Shown piece by piece: positions 17,174 through 33,825 of a DNA stretch of 64,000 nucleotides. The notes beneath the pieces are model-generated. The model did not search any database. It saw only the letters and a list, made by a program, of their open reading frames with translations, and had not been told where the DNA came from. The position numbers and the translations under genes were made by a program. Each line of letters starts with the position of its first letter. The first letter of the stretch is position 1. Origin of the DNA: Escherichia coli (GTDB lineage Bacteria; Pseudomonadota; Gammaproteobacteria; Enterobacterales; Enterobacteriaceae); the NCBI RefSeq assembly GCF_965641715.1, contig NZ_OZ282453.1. One strand, 5' to 3'.

Positions 17174-19747
17174 ATGCGTCTGGATCGTCTTACTAATAAA
17201 TTCCAGCTTGCTCTTGCCGATGCCCAATCACTTGCACTCGGGCACGACAACCAATTTATCGAACCACTTCATTTAATGAGCGCCCTGCTGAATCAGGAAG
17301 GGGGTTCGGTTAGTCCTTTATTAACATCCGCTGGCATAAATGCTGGCCAGTTGCGCACAGATATCAATCAGGCATTAAATCGTTTACCGCAGGTTGAAGG
17401 TACTGGTGGTGATGTCCAGCCATCACAGGATCTGGTGCGCGTTCTGAATCTTTGCGACAAGCTGGCGCAAAAACGTGGTGATAACTTTATCTCGTCAGAA
17501 CTGTTCGTTCTGGCGGCACTTGAGTCTCGCGGCACGCTGGCCGACATCCTGAAAGCAGCAGGGGCGACCACCGCCAACATTACTCAAGCGATTGAACAAA
17601 TGCGTGGAGGTGAAAGCGTGAACGATCAAGGTGCTGAAGACCAACGTCAGGCTTTGAAAAAATATACCATCGACCTTACCGAACGAGCCGAACAGGGCAA
17701 ACTCGATCCGGTGATTGGTCGTGATGAAGAAATTCGCCGTACCATTCAGGTGCTGCAACGTCGTACTAAAAATAACCCGGTACTGATTGGTGAACCCGGC
17801 GTCGGTAAAACTGCCATCGTTGAAGGTCTGGCGCAGCGTATTATCAACGGCGAAGTGCCGGAAGGGTTGAAAGGCCGCCGGGTACTGGCGCTGGATATGG
17901 GCGCGCTGGTGGCTGGGGCGAAATATCGCGGTGAGTTTGAAGAACGTTTAAAAGGCGTGCTTAACGATCTTGCCAAACAGGAAGGCAACGTCATCCTGTT
18001 TATCGACGAATTACATACCATGGTCGGCGCGGGTAAAGCCGATGGCGCAATGGACGCCGGAAACATGCTGAAACCGGCGCTGGCGCGTGGTGAATTGCAC
18101 TGCGTAGGTGCCACGACGCTTGACGAATATCGCCAGTACATCGAAAAAGATGCTGCGCTGGAACGTCGTTTCCAGAAAGTGTTTGTTGCCGAGCCTTCTG
18201 TTGAAGATACCATTGCGATTCTGCGTGGCCTGAAAGAACGTTACGAATTGCACCACCATGTGCAAATTACTGACCCGGCAATTGTTGCAGCGGCGACGTT
18301 GTCTCATCGCTATATTGCTGACCGTCAGCTGCCGGATAAAGCCATCGACCTGATCGATGAAGCAGCATCCAGCATTCGTATGCAGATTGACTCAAAACCA
18401 GAAGAACTCGACCGACTCGATCGCCGTATCATCCAGCTCAAACTGGAACAACAGGCGTTAATGAAAGAGTCTGATGAAGCCAGTAAAAAACGTCTGGATA
18501 TGCTCAACGAAGAACTGAGCGACAAAGAACGTCAGTACTCCGAGTTAGAAGAAGAGTGGAAAGCAGAGAAAGCATCGCTTTCTGGTACGCAGACCATTAA
18601 AGCGGAACTGGAACAGGCGAAAATCGCTATTGAACAGGCTCGCCGTGTGGGTGACCTGGCGCGGATGTCTGAACTGCAATACGGCAAAATCCCGGAACTG
18701 GAAAAGCAACTGGAAGCCGCAACGCAGCTCGAAGGCAAAACTATGCGTCTGTTGCGTAATAAAGTGACCGACGCCGAAATTGCTGAAGTGCTGGCGCGTT
18801 GGACGGGGATTCCGGTTTCTCGCATGATGGAAAGCGAGCGCGAAAAACTGCTGCGTATGGAGCAAGAACTGCACCATCGCGTAATTGGTCAGAACGAAGC
18901 GGTTGATGCGGTATCTAACGCTATTCGTCGTAGCCGTGCGGGGCTGGCGGATCCAAATCGCCCGATTGGTTCATTCCTGTTCCTCGGCCCAACTGGTGTG
19001 GGGAAAACAGAGCTTTGTAAGGCGCTGGCGAACTTTATGTTTGATAGCGACGAGGCGATGGTCCGTATCGATATGTCCGAGTTTATGGAGAAACACTCGG
19101 TGTCTCGTCTGGTTGGTGCGCCTCCGGGATATGTTGGTTATGAAGAAGGTGGCTACCTGACCGAAGCTGTGCGTCGTCGTCCGTATTCCGTCATCCTGCT
19201 GGATGAAGTGGAAAAAGCGCATCCGGATGTCTTCAACATTCTGTTGCAGGTACTGGATGATGGGCGTCTGACTGACGGGCAGGGGAGAACGGTCGACTTC
19301 CGTAATACGGTTGTCATTATGACCTCTAACCTCGGTTCCGATTTGATTCAGGAACGCTTCGGTGAACTGGATTATGCGCATATGAAAGAGCTGGTGCTCG
19401 GTGTGGTAAGCCATAACTTCCGTCCGGAGTTCATTAACCGTATCGATGAAGTGGTGGTCTTCCATCCGCTGGGCGAACAGCACATTGCCTCGATTGCGCA
19501 GATTCAGTTGAAACGTCTGTACAAACGTCTGGAAGAACGTGGTTATGAAATCCACATTTCTGACGAGGCGCTGAAACTGCTGAGCGAGAACGGTTACGAT
19601 CCGGTCTATGGTGCACGTCCTTTGAAACGTGCTATCCAGCAGCAGATCGAAAACCCGTTGGCACAGCAAATACTGTCTGGTGAATTGGTTCCGGGTAAAG
19701 TTATTCGCCTGGAAGTTAATGAAGACCGGATTGTCGCCGTCCAGTAA
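17174..19747 (+). CDS. clpB: Chaperone/disaggregase ClpB
   Basis: 857 aa from [11 protein letters not shown], two AAA+ modules ([16 protein letters not shown]); GGGAGGAG RBS. Confidence 0.97.
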
Positions 19748-19752
19748 TGATA

Positions 19753-19780
19753 AAACGAGCCCTTCGGGGCTCGTTTTTGT
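19753..19780 (+). terminator. clpB intrinsic terminator
   Basis: aaacgagccc-ttcg-gggctcgttt followed by TTTGT. Confidence 0.8.
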
Positions 19781-19861
19781 CTATAAGTTAGACGGAAAAG
19801 ACTATATTTAAGATGTTTTGCCTGAAAAATGAGCGAACGATAAAGTTTTTATATTTTTCGC

Positions 19862-19889
19862 TTGTCAGGCCGGAATAACTCCCTATAAT
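19862..19889 (+). promoter_or_regulatory. rrnG P1 promoter
   Basis: TTGTCA, 16 nt spacer, TATAAT, with an A/T-rich UP-like element upstream. Confidence 0.8.
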
Positions 19890-19979
19890 GCGCCACCACT
19901 GACACGGAACAACGGCAAACACGCCGCCGGGTCAGCGGGGTTCTTCTGAGAATCTCAACAGAGAAAAGCAAAAAAATGC

Positions 19980-20007
19980 TTGACTCTGTAGCGGGAAAGC
20001 GTATTAT
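19980..20007 (+). promoter_or_regulatory. rrnG P2 promoter
   Basis: TTGACT, 16 nt spacer, TATTAT. Confidence 0.8.
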
Positions 20008-20044
20008 GCACACCCCGCGCCGCTGAGAAAAAGCGAAGCGGCAC

Positions 20045-20057
20045 TGCTCTTTAACAA
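20045..20057 (+). promoter_or_regulatory. rrn leader boxA antitermination element
   Basis: tgctctttaacaa matches the boxA consensus. Confidence 0.8.
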
Positions 20058-20188
20058 TTTATCAGACAATCTGTGTGGGCACTCGAAGATACGGATTCTT
20101 AACGTCGCAAGACGAAAAATGAATACCAAGTCTCAAGAGTGAACACGTAATTCATTACGAAGTTTAATTCTTTGAGCATCAAACTTTT

Positions 20189-21730
<1,542 letters not shown>

Positions 21731-21815
21731 CCTTAAAGAAGCGTACTTTGCAGTGCTCACACAGATTGTCTGATAGAAAGTGAAAAGCAAGGCGTCTTGC
21801 GAAGCAGACTGATAC

Positions 21816-21891
21816 GTCCCCTTCGTCTAGAGGCCCAGGACACCGCCCTTTCACGGCGGTAACAGGGGTTCGAATCCCCTAGGGGACGCCA
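21816..21891 (+). tRNA. gltW: tRNA-Glu (anticodon UUC) in the 16S-23S spacer
   Basis: GTCCCCTTCGTCTAGAGGCCCAGGACACCGCCCTTTCACGGCGGTAACAGGGGTTCGAATCCCCTAGGGGACGCCA. Confidence 0.97.
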
Positions 21892-22084
21892 CTTGCTGGT
21901 TTGTGAGTGAAAGTCGCCGACCTTAATATCTCAAAACTCATCTTCGGGTGATGTTTGAGATATTTGCTCTTTAAAAATCTGGATCAAGCTGAAAATTGAA
22001 ACACTGAACAACGAAAGTTGTTCGTGAGTCTCTCAAATTTTCGCAACACGATGATGGATCGCAAGAAACATCTTCGGGTTGTGA

Positions 22085-24988
<2,904 letters not shown>

Positions 24989-25080
24989 ACAACGCCGAAG
25001 CTGTTTTGGCGGATGAGAGAAGATTTTCAGCCTGATACAGATTAAATCAGAACGCAGAAGCGGTCTGATAAAACAGAATT

Positions 25081-25200
25081 TGCCTGGCGGCCGTAGCGCG
25101 GTGGTCCCACCTGACCCCATGCCGAACTCAGAAGTGAAACGCCGTAGCGCCGATGGTAGTGTGGGGTCTCCCCATGCGAGAGTAGGGAACTGCCAGGCAT
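25081..25200 (+). rRNA. rrfG: 5S ribosomal RNA
   Basis: TGCCTGGCGGCCGTAGCGCGGTGGTCCCACC ... GAACTGCCAGGCAT; 120 nt. Confidence 0.97.
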
Positions 25201-25214
25201 CAAATTAAGCGAAA

Positions 25215-25239
25215 GGCCATCCTGACGGATGGCCTTTTT
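25215..25239 (+). terminator. rrnG terminator
   Basis: ggccatcc-tgac-ggatggcc hairpin followed by TTTTT. Confidence 0.8.
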
Positions 25240-25258
25240 GCATTGGCGCAGAAAAAAA

Positions 25259-25284
25259 TGCCTGATGCGACGCTGCGCGTCTTA
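25259..25284. repeat. Partial REP-like element
   Basis: gcctgatgcgacgctgcgcgtcttat resembles one arm of a REP palindromic unit. Confidence 0.4.
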
Positions 25285-25522
25285 TACTCCCACATATGCC
25301 AGATTGAGCAACGGATACGGTTTCCCCAACTTGCCTACTTCCATACGTGTCCTCCTTACCAGATATTTATCCTTAAGCTCCTCAATAACCATTTTCCTGC
25401 TAACTAAATTCATGGTTAAGGTTGCATAATGATACGCAACAAATGTATAACATTTTCTTTACCAAAAGAAATAAACAAAAGCGACCGACAAAAGCATCGG
25501 ATTACGGCAGGAGACTAATGGC

Positions 25523-26821
25523 ATGGCTGAAAGTACTGTAACGGCAGACAGCAAACTGACAAGTAGTGATACTCGTCGCCGCATTTGGGCGATTGTGGGG
25601 GCCTCTTCAGGTAATCTGGTCGAGTGGTTCGATTTCTATGTCTACTCGTTCTGTTCACTCTACTTTGCCCACATCTTCTTCCCTTCCGGGAACACGACGA
25701 CTCAACTACTACAAACAGCAGGTGTTTTTGCTGCGGGATTCCTGATGCGCCCAATAGGCGGTTGGCTATTTGGCCGCATAGCCGATAAACATGGTCGCAA
25801 AAAATCGATGCTGCTATCGGTGTGTATGATGTGTTTCGGCTCACTGGTAATCGCCTGTTTGCCTGGTTATGAAACAATCGGTACGTGGGCTCCGGCATTA
25901 TTGCTTCTCGCGCGTTTATTTCAGGGATTATCCGTTGGCGGAGAATATGGCACCAGCGCCACCTATATGAGTGAAGTTGCCGTTGAAGGGCGCAAAGGTT
26001 TTTACGCATCATTTCAGTATGTGACGTTGATCGGCGGACAACTGCTAGCCCTACTGGTTGTCGTGGTTTTACAACACACCATGGAAGACGCTGCACTCAG
26101 AGAGTGGGGATGGCGTATTCCTTTCGCGTTAGGAGCTGTGTTAGCTGTTGTGGCGTTGTGGTTACGTCGTCAGTTAGATGAAACTTCGCAACAAGAAACG
26201 CGCGCTTTAAAAGAAGCTGGATCTCTGAAAGGATTATGGCGCAATCGCCGTGCATTCATCATGGTTCTCGGTTTTACCGCTGCGGGCTCCCTTTGTTTCT
26301 ATACCTTCACCACTTATATGCAGAAGTATCTGGTAAATACTGCGGGAATGCATGCCAACGTGGCGAGTGGCATTATGACTGCCGCATTGTTTGTATTCAT
26401 GCTTATTCAACCACTCATTGGCGCGCTGTCGGATAAGATTGGTCGCCGTACCTCAATGTTATGTTTCGGTTCGCTGGCAGCCATTTTTACCGTTCCTATT
26501 CTCTCAGCATTGCAAAACGTTTCCTCGCCTTATGCCGCTTTTGGTCTGGTGATGTGTGCCCTGCTGATAGTGAGTTTTTATACATCAATCAGTGGAATAC
26601 TGAAGGCTGAGATGTTCCCGGCACAGGTTCGCGCATTAGGCGTTGGTCTGTCATATGCGGTCGCTAATGCTATATTTGGTGGTTCGGCGGAGTACGTAGC
26701 GTTGTCGCTGAAATCAATAGGAATGGAAACAGCCTTCTTCTGGTATGTGACCTTGATGGCCGTGGTGGCGTTTCTGGTTTCTTTGATGCTACATCGCAAA
26801 GGGAAGGGGATGCGTCTTTAG
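25523..26821 (+). CDS. kgtP: Alpha-ketoglutarate permease (MFS transporter)
   Basis: 432 aa, 12-helix MFS layout; K-12 synteny directly after rrnG. Confidence 0.95.
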
Positions 26822-27162
26822 TGACGGGTCAGTTGCCAGACGGTATAGCCGGTGCTTGCACCGGCGACATCCCAGGCCAAATCCTTCCAGCTCCAGCCGC
26901 TCCCTTCGGGGCGGCTATCCCAAAGCTCTTTTGACGCCCCCAAACTGACAGAGAACATCAATCCAAACATGGCACTGCGATCCCGGCTCATCCCCTGATG
27001 CTGTGAATATTCATTTCCGGCGGCGGAAAGCATCGCCGAGGCGATAAAGTGTTGAGCTTTATCCTGCCCGCTCCAGCTATCGTTAGCCATATGGCTGCAT
27101 CCAGAAAGTAACAATAGCGAACAGACAAAAAGAATACGCAAAACGTGGCCTCCAAAAAACAA
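26818..27162 (-). CDS. yfiM: Lipoprotein YfiM
   Basis: Small ORF with lipobox LLSGC; synteny. Exact start uncertain. Confidence 0.8.
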
Positions 27163-27186
27163 ACCCCGTACAGGGCGGGGTTGTGA

Positions 27187-28542
27187 TTACAGGATGCGGC
27201 TAATTAATCGGTCGATGCGGATACGGCGCAAACGGCGGATGAGTTTACGAACCTTCACCGGATAATCGGCAATACTTTGCAGATCGCGATAGTGCTTAAC
27301 GATGGTGGTATGCTCGCGGATCAGCTCCAGTTCTTTCTCTCGCTGCGGCGCAAGCTCCAGTTGTGGATCGTGGATCAAAATGGCGTTTTCCAGATCCAGA
27401 CGCCAGGCGCGCGGGTTCAGGTTATTACCGGTGATCAACATCCACTTATCATCAACCCACATCCCTTTTAGGTGATAGGTGTTGTCGTCATCTTTCCATA
27501 ACCGAACCACAAGCTGGTCAGTATTGACGTAATACTGCAAACGGCTCAGGAAACGACGCAGATTGATCTCATAGAGATAAGGCAATGCGCCAATTATCTT
27601 GAAAGGTTCATCTTCCGGAATGTAGAAGTCGTTCGCGGTTTTATCACCAACAATAATTTCGACCTTTTTCCCTTCGCGCAGCAACTGGATAATATTGCGC
27701 ACAAGGATTGCTGGCAGGTTGAAGTATGGCGTACAGATGGTTAGTTTCTGCTCGGCACAAGGCATAAGATGGAAAATGGTCTTGTTCAACAGACTCGATT
27801 TCCCCAGCCCCACTAGCGGCGTTACGGAAAGCTGATCGTTGTCGGCATCGCCCTGGAAATGATAAGCGGCATCACGCAGCTCCTGGCGGAACAGACGAAT
27901 ATCGTTCTTGATTTCCGGGCTTTTTGGCCGATTAACATCATCCAGACGATTAACGCCGCGGCCATTCATAATATTCTGTGTAACCCATTCAAACATAATG
28001 TCTGACATCTTACGGTTACGGATAAGATGATAACGGTCGTAGCGATATTTATCGTGCTGATGCAGGTAAACATCGTTCAGGCTGGCACCGCTATAAAGTA
28101 CGCTATCGTCGATGATAAAGCCTTTAAAGTGCAGAACGCCAAGGGCTTCACGGGTATTGATTGGAACGCCATAAACCGGAACATCTACGCCCGGATTTTC
28201 CTGCGCCATGCGGCAGTACCAGTCAGCGTTAGTGTTAGATGCCGCAGCGCCAATGCGTCCACGTTGTGCACGATGCCAGTCGACCAGCACCCGCACATCC
28301 AGTTCCGGACGCTGCCTTTTAGCTTCATACAACGCGTTCAGAATGCCTTTGCCACCGTCATCCTGTTCGAGATACAGGGCGACAATGCAAATGCGCTGCT
28401 TCGCGCTGGCTATTTTTTCCAGCAGCGTCTCCCGGAAGTCGGCGGGAGCGTAAAAGAAATCGACATCATCAACTGATTGAGAAATCTTGGGTAGTTGGGC
28501 AAGGTGTTGTTGATGTTTATTACGCTTAAATTTTGACAACAT
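27187..28542 (-). CDS. pssA: Phosphatidylserine synthase PssA
   Basis: 451 aa from MLSKFKRNKHQQ; two PLD-type HKD motif regions. Confidence 0.95.
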   Translation of the reverse strand: MLSKFKRNKHQQHLAQLPKISQSVDDVDFFYAPADFRETLLEKIASAKQRICIVALYLEQDDGGKGILNALYEAKRQRPELDVRVLVDWHRAQRGRIGAAASNTNADWYCRMAQENPGVDVPVYGVPINTREALGVLHFKGFIIDDSVLYSGASLNDVYLHQHDKYRYDRYHLIRNRKMSDIMFEWVTQNIMNGRGVNRLDDVNRPKSPEIKNDIRLFRQELRDAAYHFQGDADNDQLSVTPLVGLGKSSLLNKTIFHLMPCAEQKLTICTPYFNLPAILVRNIIQLLREGKKVEIIVGDKTANDFYIPEDEPFKIIGALPYLYEINLRRFLSRLQYYVNTDQLVVRLWKDDDNTYHLKGMWVDDKWMLITGNNLNPRAWRLDLENAILIHDPQLELAPQREKELELIREHTTIVKHYRDLQSIADYPVKVRKLIRRLRRIRIDRLISRIL

Positions 28543-28655
28543 CACAGTGCATTTCTTCTCTGTTCATTGAAGGGTCCTCTGTGCAATGCAGACGACATAA
28601 GCGGGCAATAATAACACCAGTCCCGATTAAGTGGTCAACATTTCCAGTACCTTAC

Positions 28656-31316
28656 TCATGATTCCTCGCGTTGGGCAAGATTTAGCGTAAGCCCAACGAT
28701 CCCCTCTTCGAGCTGGATATCAACGTTAAACCCGAGCTTGCGGGCCAGCGCCACCATGCCACGATTATTTGGCATCGTAATACCATTCAGACGTTGTAGT
28801 CCGTGATCTCGCGTATAGGTAATCAACTTTTCCATTAAGCGTCGACCTAAGCCTAACCCTTTGAGATCCGAGCGAACCAGCACGGCAAATTCGGCATCGA
28901 TGTTATCAGGGTCGGAGATCGCACGCGTGACGCCGAGGATCTCTTCCGTTTGATCAATACGTCGTACCGCTACAAACGCCATTTCCCGATCGTAGTCGAT
29001 CTGCGTCATGTTGGCTAAATCTTCATGGGTAAATTCGTTGATCTCGCTAAAGTAGCGGTAATAAAGATCTTCTTTGGTGACTCGCGAAATGAATTGCTGA
29101 AGTTGTGGCTCATCTTCTGGCAAAATCGGGCGGAACAAGCAGCGTTCACCGTTTTTCAATTCTACCCATTCTTCCAGCTGATGCGGATAAGGGCGCACTG
29201 CCAGCCGACTCTCGTTATCGCCTTCAAACGGCGCGATATCCAGCGTGACATCCAGCGCGGTAAATTCACTGCCAGAAGCCAGCAAAGGATGAATATCCAG
29301 ACGCTGAATTTCCGGGCAATCGACAATCAAGTTGGAAACCTGCACCAGAAGCTGGCTCAAGCCTGCAACATCCAATGGGCGTAGCGCACTGCGCGCACGA
29401 ATCTTTTTACTTTTGATCCCCTGAATAACCAGATAGCGGGCCAGGTTCATATTCAGCGGCGGCAGTGCGACGACGGCTTGATCTTCAGGACGCCACTCCA
29501 CACCGCCTTCACCCAGCATGATCAACGGCCCAAAAACCGGATCGTGCTCAACCACAACCCGCAACTCCTGAGCGCCAGCACGGTTAGCCATACTTTGCAC
29601 CAACAGGCCGTGGACCCGCGCCTGCGGCCAGGTCATTTTTACGCGATCGAAAATAGCGTTTGCCGCTTGCTGGACTTCATTGGCTGTACGCAGGTACAGC
29701 ATGACGCCCTGAACTTCCGATTTATGTGGAATATCCGGCGAACGCAATTTCAGCGCCACCGGATAACCAATCTGTTCGGCAATATGCACCGCTTCCGTGC
29801 TATCACTGGCAATCCAGGTAGGGAGCGTGTTCATGCCATACGCTTGCATGATGGGCTGAACTTCATGGGTATCGAGCGACGTAGCCCCTTCGGCAATCGC
29901 CTGTTGCAACAGAAGATGCGCTTTTGCGGTATTGGAAGTCAGATTGCTGGGCAACGCCGGCGTTTCGCGTAGTTGCTTCTGATTACGCCGGTACTCCACC
30001 ATATGCATAAAAGCAGTGATGGTTCCTTCCGGGGTACGGTAGGTCGGCAGCCCGGCTTCGCTGAATAAACGTCGTGCCTCTTGCGAGGAGTGCTCGCCGC
30101 ACCAGTTCGTCAGCAGAGAAACATACTTGCTGCGGGGATGATGCTTTACCGCTTCAATTAATGCTTGCGCACTTTCTGTTGCGGGAGCAGCGGCGCTGGG
30201 CGAATGAATAACCATCAGCGCATCAAAATCCTGGCTATGGAGCAGAATGTCCAGCGTTTTGACATAATGCTCGCTGCTGGCGTCATCGCGCAGATCGAGC
30301 GGGTTAGAGATTGCCACATGTCCTGGCAGTGCATCGCGCAGTTTCTGGCAGGTTTCTTCGCTTAGTGTTGCCAGCTTGCCATTGCGTGACCATAAGGCAT
30401 CCAGCGCCAGCGCGGCAGGCGCAGCACCGTTGCTGATAATCATCAACCGGTCGCCACGCAGCGGGCGCATATGGCTAAGGGTTTCTACCGCCGAAAACAG
30501 TTCGTGGGTGTCCTGTACCCGCAACAAACCGGCACGCTGAATAGCCGCATCCCATGCCGGGTCCATTCCTGCCGTCGTGTTGAGCAGTCGCTGTGCCGCC
30601 GGGCTACGTCCGCTTTTAATCACCAGAATCGGTTTATTACGCGAGGCACTACGGGCCGCCGAAACAAAGCGTCGCGCGTCGCTTAACTGTTCGAGATAGA
30701 GCAGGATGGCGCTGGTTTTACTGTCGCGTGCCAGATAGTCAAGCAATTCATCAACGTCGATATCCAGGCTGTCGCCGAGCGCAATAAAGTAGGAAAAGCC
30801 CATCTCACGCTGTTGCGCCCAGTCGAGGATGGTGTTGGAGACGGCAGCCGATTGTGAAATAAACGCCAGCTTGCCGCGTTTAATCGGCACAGGCGAAAAG
30901 CTGGCATTCAGACCTTGCCAGGGAGCCAGTAAACCCAGACTGTTTGGTCCAAGCAGGCGCATGTTATGGCGCAGGGCGCAGGCGCGGAGATCTTCGTGTT
31001 GCGATGCCGGGGCGGAAAGAATAATGCAGGTTTTACAGCCTTTCTCGCCGAGCTCTTCCAGAAGAGCAAGATTACGGCTGGCATTGGTACATAAAACCGC
31101 AAGGTCGGGTGTAAAGGGCAAGCTGGCAATATCCGGCCAGGCCAACACACCCAACACCGCTTTCCAGGCTGGCGTCACCGGGAGTACCGGTCCGTTAAAG
31201 CCTCCCGCCAGCAGGTTACGCATCATCAGGTAACCTGCGCGATTGGGTTTCATCGACGCGCCAATTACCGCTATCGATTTTGGTCGCAGTAGTGCTTCCA
31301 GTCCTCGCTGACTCAT
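28656..31316 (-). CDS. patZ: Protein lysine acetyltransferase PatZ/Pka (YfiQ)
   Basis: 886 aa, N-terminal CoA-binding/ATP-grasp-like region with C-terminal GNAT domain. Confidence 0.93.
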   Translation of the reverse strand: MSQRGLEALLRPKSIAVIGASMKPNRAGYLMMRNLLAGGFNGPVLPVTPAWKAVLGVLAWPDIASLPFTPDLAVLCTNASRNLALLEELGEKGCKTCIILSAPASQHEDLRACALRHNMRLLGPNSLGLLAPWQGLNASFSPVPIKRGKLAFISQSAAVSNTILDWAQQREMGFSYFIALGDSLDIDVDELLDYLARDSKTSAILLYLEQLSDARRFVSAARSASRNKPILVIKSGRSPAAQRLLNTTAGMDPAWDAAIQRAGLLRVQDTHELFSAVETLSHMRPLRGDRLMIISNGAAPAALALDALWSRNGKLATLSEETCQKLRDALPGHVAISNPLDLRDDASSEHYVKTLDILLHSQDFDALMVIHSPSAAAPATESAQALIEAVKHHPRSKYVSLLTNWCGEHSSQEARRLFSEAGLPTYRTPEGTITAFMHMVEYRRNQKQLRETPALPSNLTSNTAKAHLLLQQAIAEGATSLDTHEVQPIMQAYGMNTLPTWIASDSTEAVHIAEQIGYPVALKLRSPDIPHKSEVQGVMLYLRTANEVQQAANAIFDRVKMTWPQARVHGLLVQSMANRAGAQELRVVVEHDPVFGPLIMLGEGGVEWRPEDQAVVALPPLNMNLARYLVIQGIKSKKIRARSALRPLDVAGLSQLLVQVSNLIVDCPEIQRLDIHPLLASGSEFTALDVTLDIAPFEGDNESRLAVRPYPHQLEEWVELKNGERCLFRPILPEDEPQLQQFISRVTKEDLYYRYFSEINEFTHEDLANMTQIDYDREMAFVAVRRIDQTEEILGVTRAISDPDNIDAEFAVLVRSDLKGLGLGRRLMEKLITYTRDHGLQRLNGITMPNNRGMVALARKLGFNVDIQLEEGIVGLTLNLAQREES

Positions 31317-31347
31317 ACCGGTCTCCCGCAGAAGTGACCGAATGATT

Positions 31348-32046
31348 TTAAACGCTTTCTAACTGTTCTGCTGTGATGCTACCCAGATGTTGCGTTTTTC
31401 CTGCCAGATAGCGTGTTTTAAAGCGGGTAAAATGCTCGCCTAACCCTGCTGCCGCCCCGGTATCGCCGGCCATATCTAACAGTGCGATGGCTACCTCGGC
31501 AGTACAATATTGGCCTTCAGCCTGGGCTTCACGCAGGCGATAGGCAGAAAGCCGGGAAAGATCGACGGAAATGACGGGAAGATTATCCAGATACGGACTT
31601 TTACGAAACATCTTGCGAGCTTCCGGCCAGGTACCATCGAGCATGATAAACAGCGGTGGCTTACCGGAAGGCGGGGTGAAGATCACTTCCCGTTGCTCAT
31701 CAGCATACGAGGCGGGAAAGACCACCATTGGCTGATAATCCGGGTTTTGTACCAGATCCAGCAAATCCTGCGAGGGTTCGGTACGCGACCATTGAAACGC
31801 AACGGTATCAGGCAAAATATCAGCAATCAGACGCCCGGTATTACTGGGCTTCATTGGCTCGGTGTCGAACATCAGCAAACAGAAGCGACTTTTTGCTTGT
31901 GCTGGGGTAATTGTCGAACAGAGACATAATTTCTCTGGCAAAAGACAGCGTTGGCAGCGACGAACGCGATTACCGCGGGCAAGAAAAGGACGTGTTGCGC
32001 GCGCAATACGCTCGGCGCGTAACTGGAGAACAGCGTTTTCGGTCAT
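31348..32046 (-). CDS. yfiP: DTW-domain protein YfiP
   Basis: 232 aa from MTENAVLQL; DTW motif (LDGTW), N-terminal Cys cluster. Confidence 0.85.
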   Translation of the reverse strand: MTENAVLQLRAERIARATRPFLARGNRVRRCQRCLLPEKLCLCSTITPAQAKSRFCLLMFDTEPMKPSNTGRLIADILPDTVAFQWSRTEPSQDLLDLVQNPDYQPMVVFPASYADEQREVIFTPPSGKPPLFIMLDGTWPEARKMFRKSPYLDNLPVISVDLSRLSAYRLREAQAEGQYCTAEVAIALLDMAGDTGAAAGLGEHFTRFKTRYLAGKTQHLGSITAEQLESV

Positions 32047-32114
32047 AAGAGAGCGTCGAAAAAACGCCATTGTCGCAGAGGAGAAAACGGGGCACAAGAT
32101 GCGCCCCGGTAAGA

Positions 32115-32534
32115 TTAAAGAGATTCGTTCAGCCAGCTATCGAACGGCGCTTTCGGTACTGCGCCATTAAGCATGTCGACAACCTGACCGTTTTTGAAAA
32201 TCATGATCGTCGGTATACTACGAATTCCAAAGCGACTGCTCAATTCACGTTCAGCTTCGGTATTCACTTTCACAAAGCGCACTTTACCGCTACGCTCTTG
32301 CGCGACATCTTCAAAAATTGGTGCGAAATTACGGCAGGGGCCGCACCACGGTGCCCAGAAGTCGATCACCACTGGTAGATCATCTTTCAGCAATTTGTCG
32401 AGCGTTTCACCGGTCGCATTAATCACCTCTCCGTCAAACAAGTCGTGACCGCAGCGTCCGCATTTTGCCGCATCTTCGATCCGATCGTCGGGAATGCGAT
32501 TGATGGCCTGACAATGGGTACAAACGGTATTCAT
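32115..32534 (-). CDS. trxC: Thioredoxin 2
   Basis: 139 aa, N-terminal zinc-binding CxxC pairs and WCGPC active site. Confidence 0.97.
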
Positions 32535-32740
32535 AACTAACCTCGGGATGAGTAAGGAGACTTATCGGCAACGACGCCGGTATGTTTCTAATATGTTACA
32601 TATTATCGGGGACATTGTTCCAGACAACAATCTGTTTTATTCAATAGGTATGATAGTTGCAGGCTTTGGTACGAAATCATGGCGAACCGCGCGGACTTCG
32701 GGTAATCTGCGCGCTTCGCGCAGCGCTGGTGGAGAAAAGC

Positions 32741-33778
32741 ATGAACGATGAAATGAAAGGTAAAAGCGGCAAGGTCAAAGTGATGTATGTCCGCAGTGAT
32801 GATGATTCTGATAAACGTACCCACAACCCGCGTACCGGGAAAGGGGGCGGGCGTCCAGGAAAATCTCGTGCTGACGGTGGCCGTCGCCCCGCCCGCGATG
32901 ACAAACAGAGTCAGCCCCGTGACCGCAAGTGGGAAGAGTCGCCGTGGCGCACGGTTTCCCGCGCGCCGGGTGATGAGACGCCGGAAAAGGCCGATCACGG
33001 TGGCATCAGTGGTAAAAGTTTTATTGATCCAGAAGTTTTGCGTCGTCAGCGTGCGGAAGAAACCCGCGTCTACGGCGAAAATGCATGTCAGGCACTGTTC
33101 CAGAGCCGTCCGGAAGCGATTGTTCGCGCCTGGTTTATCCAGAGCGTAACGCCACGTTTTAAAGAAGCCTTGCGCTGGATGGCGGCAAACCGCAAAGCGT
33201 ACCATGTGGTGGATGAAGCGGAATTGACAAAAGCGTCAGGCACGGAACATCACGGTGGCGTTTGCTTCCTGATCAAAAAGCGTAATGGCACAACCGTGCA
33301 GCAGTGGGTAAGCCAGGCAGGTGCGCAGGATTGCGTTCTGGCACTGGAAAACGAATCTAACCCGCATAACCTGGGTGGCATGATGCGCAGCTGCGCGCAC
33401 TTCGACGTGAAAGGCGTTGTGGTGCAGGATGCGGCACTGCTGGAGTCGGGTGCGGCTATCCGTACCGCAGAAGGCGGCGCAGAGCACGTTCAGCCGATTA
33501 CTGGCGACAACATTGTTAACGTGCTGGATGATTTCCGTCAGGCGGGTTACACCGTAGTGACAACTTCCAGCGAGCAGGGGAAACCGCTGTTCAAAACCAG
33601 TCTGCCAGCGAAAATGGTACTGGTGCTGGGTCAGGAATATGAAGGGTTACCGGATGCCGCACGCGATCCGAACGATCTGCGCGTGAAGATTGATGGTACT
33701 GGCAACGTTGCCGGGCTGAATATCTCTGTTGCAACAGGCGTTTTGCTTGGTGAATGGTGGCGTCAGAATAAAGCCTGA
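32741..33778 (+). CDS. yfiF: SpoU/TrmH-family RNA methyltransferase YfiF
   Basis: 345 aa from MNDEMKGK, basic N-terminal tail, SpoU methylase C-terminal domain. Confidence 0.9.
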   Translation: MNDEMKGKSGKVKVMYVRSDDDSDKRTHNPRTGKGGGRPGKSRADGGRRPARDDKQSQPRDRKWEESPWRTVSRAPGDETPEKADHGGISGKSFIDPEVLRRQRAEETRVYGENACQALFQSRPEAIVRAWFIQSVTPRFKEALRWMAANRKAYHVVDEAELTKASGTEHHGGVCFLIKKRNGTTVQQWVSQAGAQDCVLALENESNPHNLGGMMRSCAHFDVKGVVVQDAALLESGAAIRTAEGGAEHVQPITGDNIVNVLDDFRQAGYTVVTTSSEQGKPLFKTSLPAKMVLVLGQEYEGLPDAARDPNDLRVKIDGTGNVAGLNISVATGVLLGEWWRQNKA

Positions 33779-33825
33779 TAAATCAGCCGGGTGGCAACTC
33801 TGCCATCCGGCATTTTCCCGCAAAT

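Noticed and set aside
17174-17620. Internal translation start producing a short ClpB isoform
   Set aside because: Known for ClpB in general, but I could not pin the internal start codon and its RBS from sequence inspection alone, so it is not annotated as a separate feature.
17746-19669. Long antisense ORFs (up to 232 aa) inside clpB
   Set aside because: Nested on the opposite strand of a certain clpB call; no independent support.
29025-29972. Plus-strand ORFs of 119 and 164 aa inside patZ
   Set aside because: Antisense to a well-supported 886-aa gene; no RBS or domain signal.
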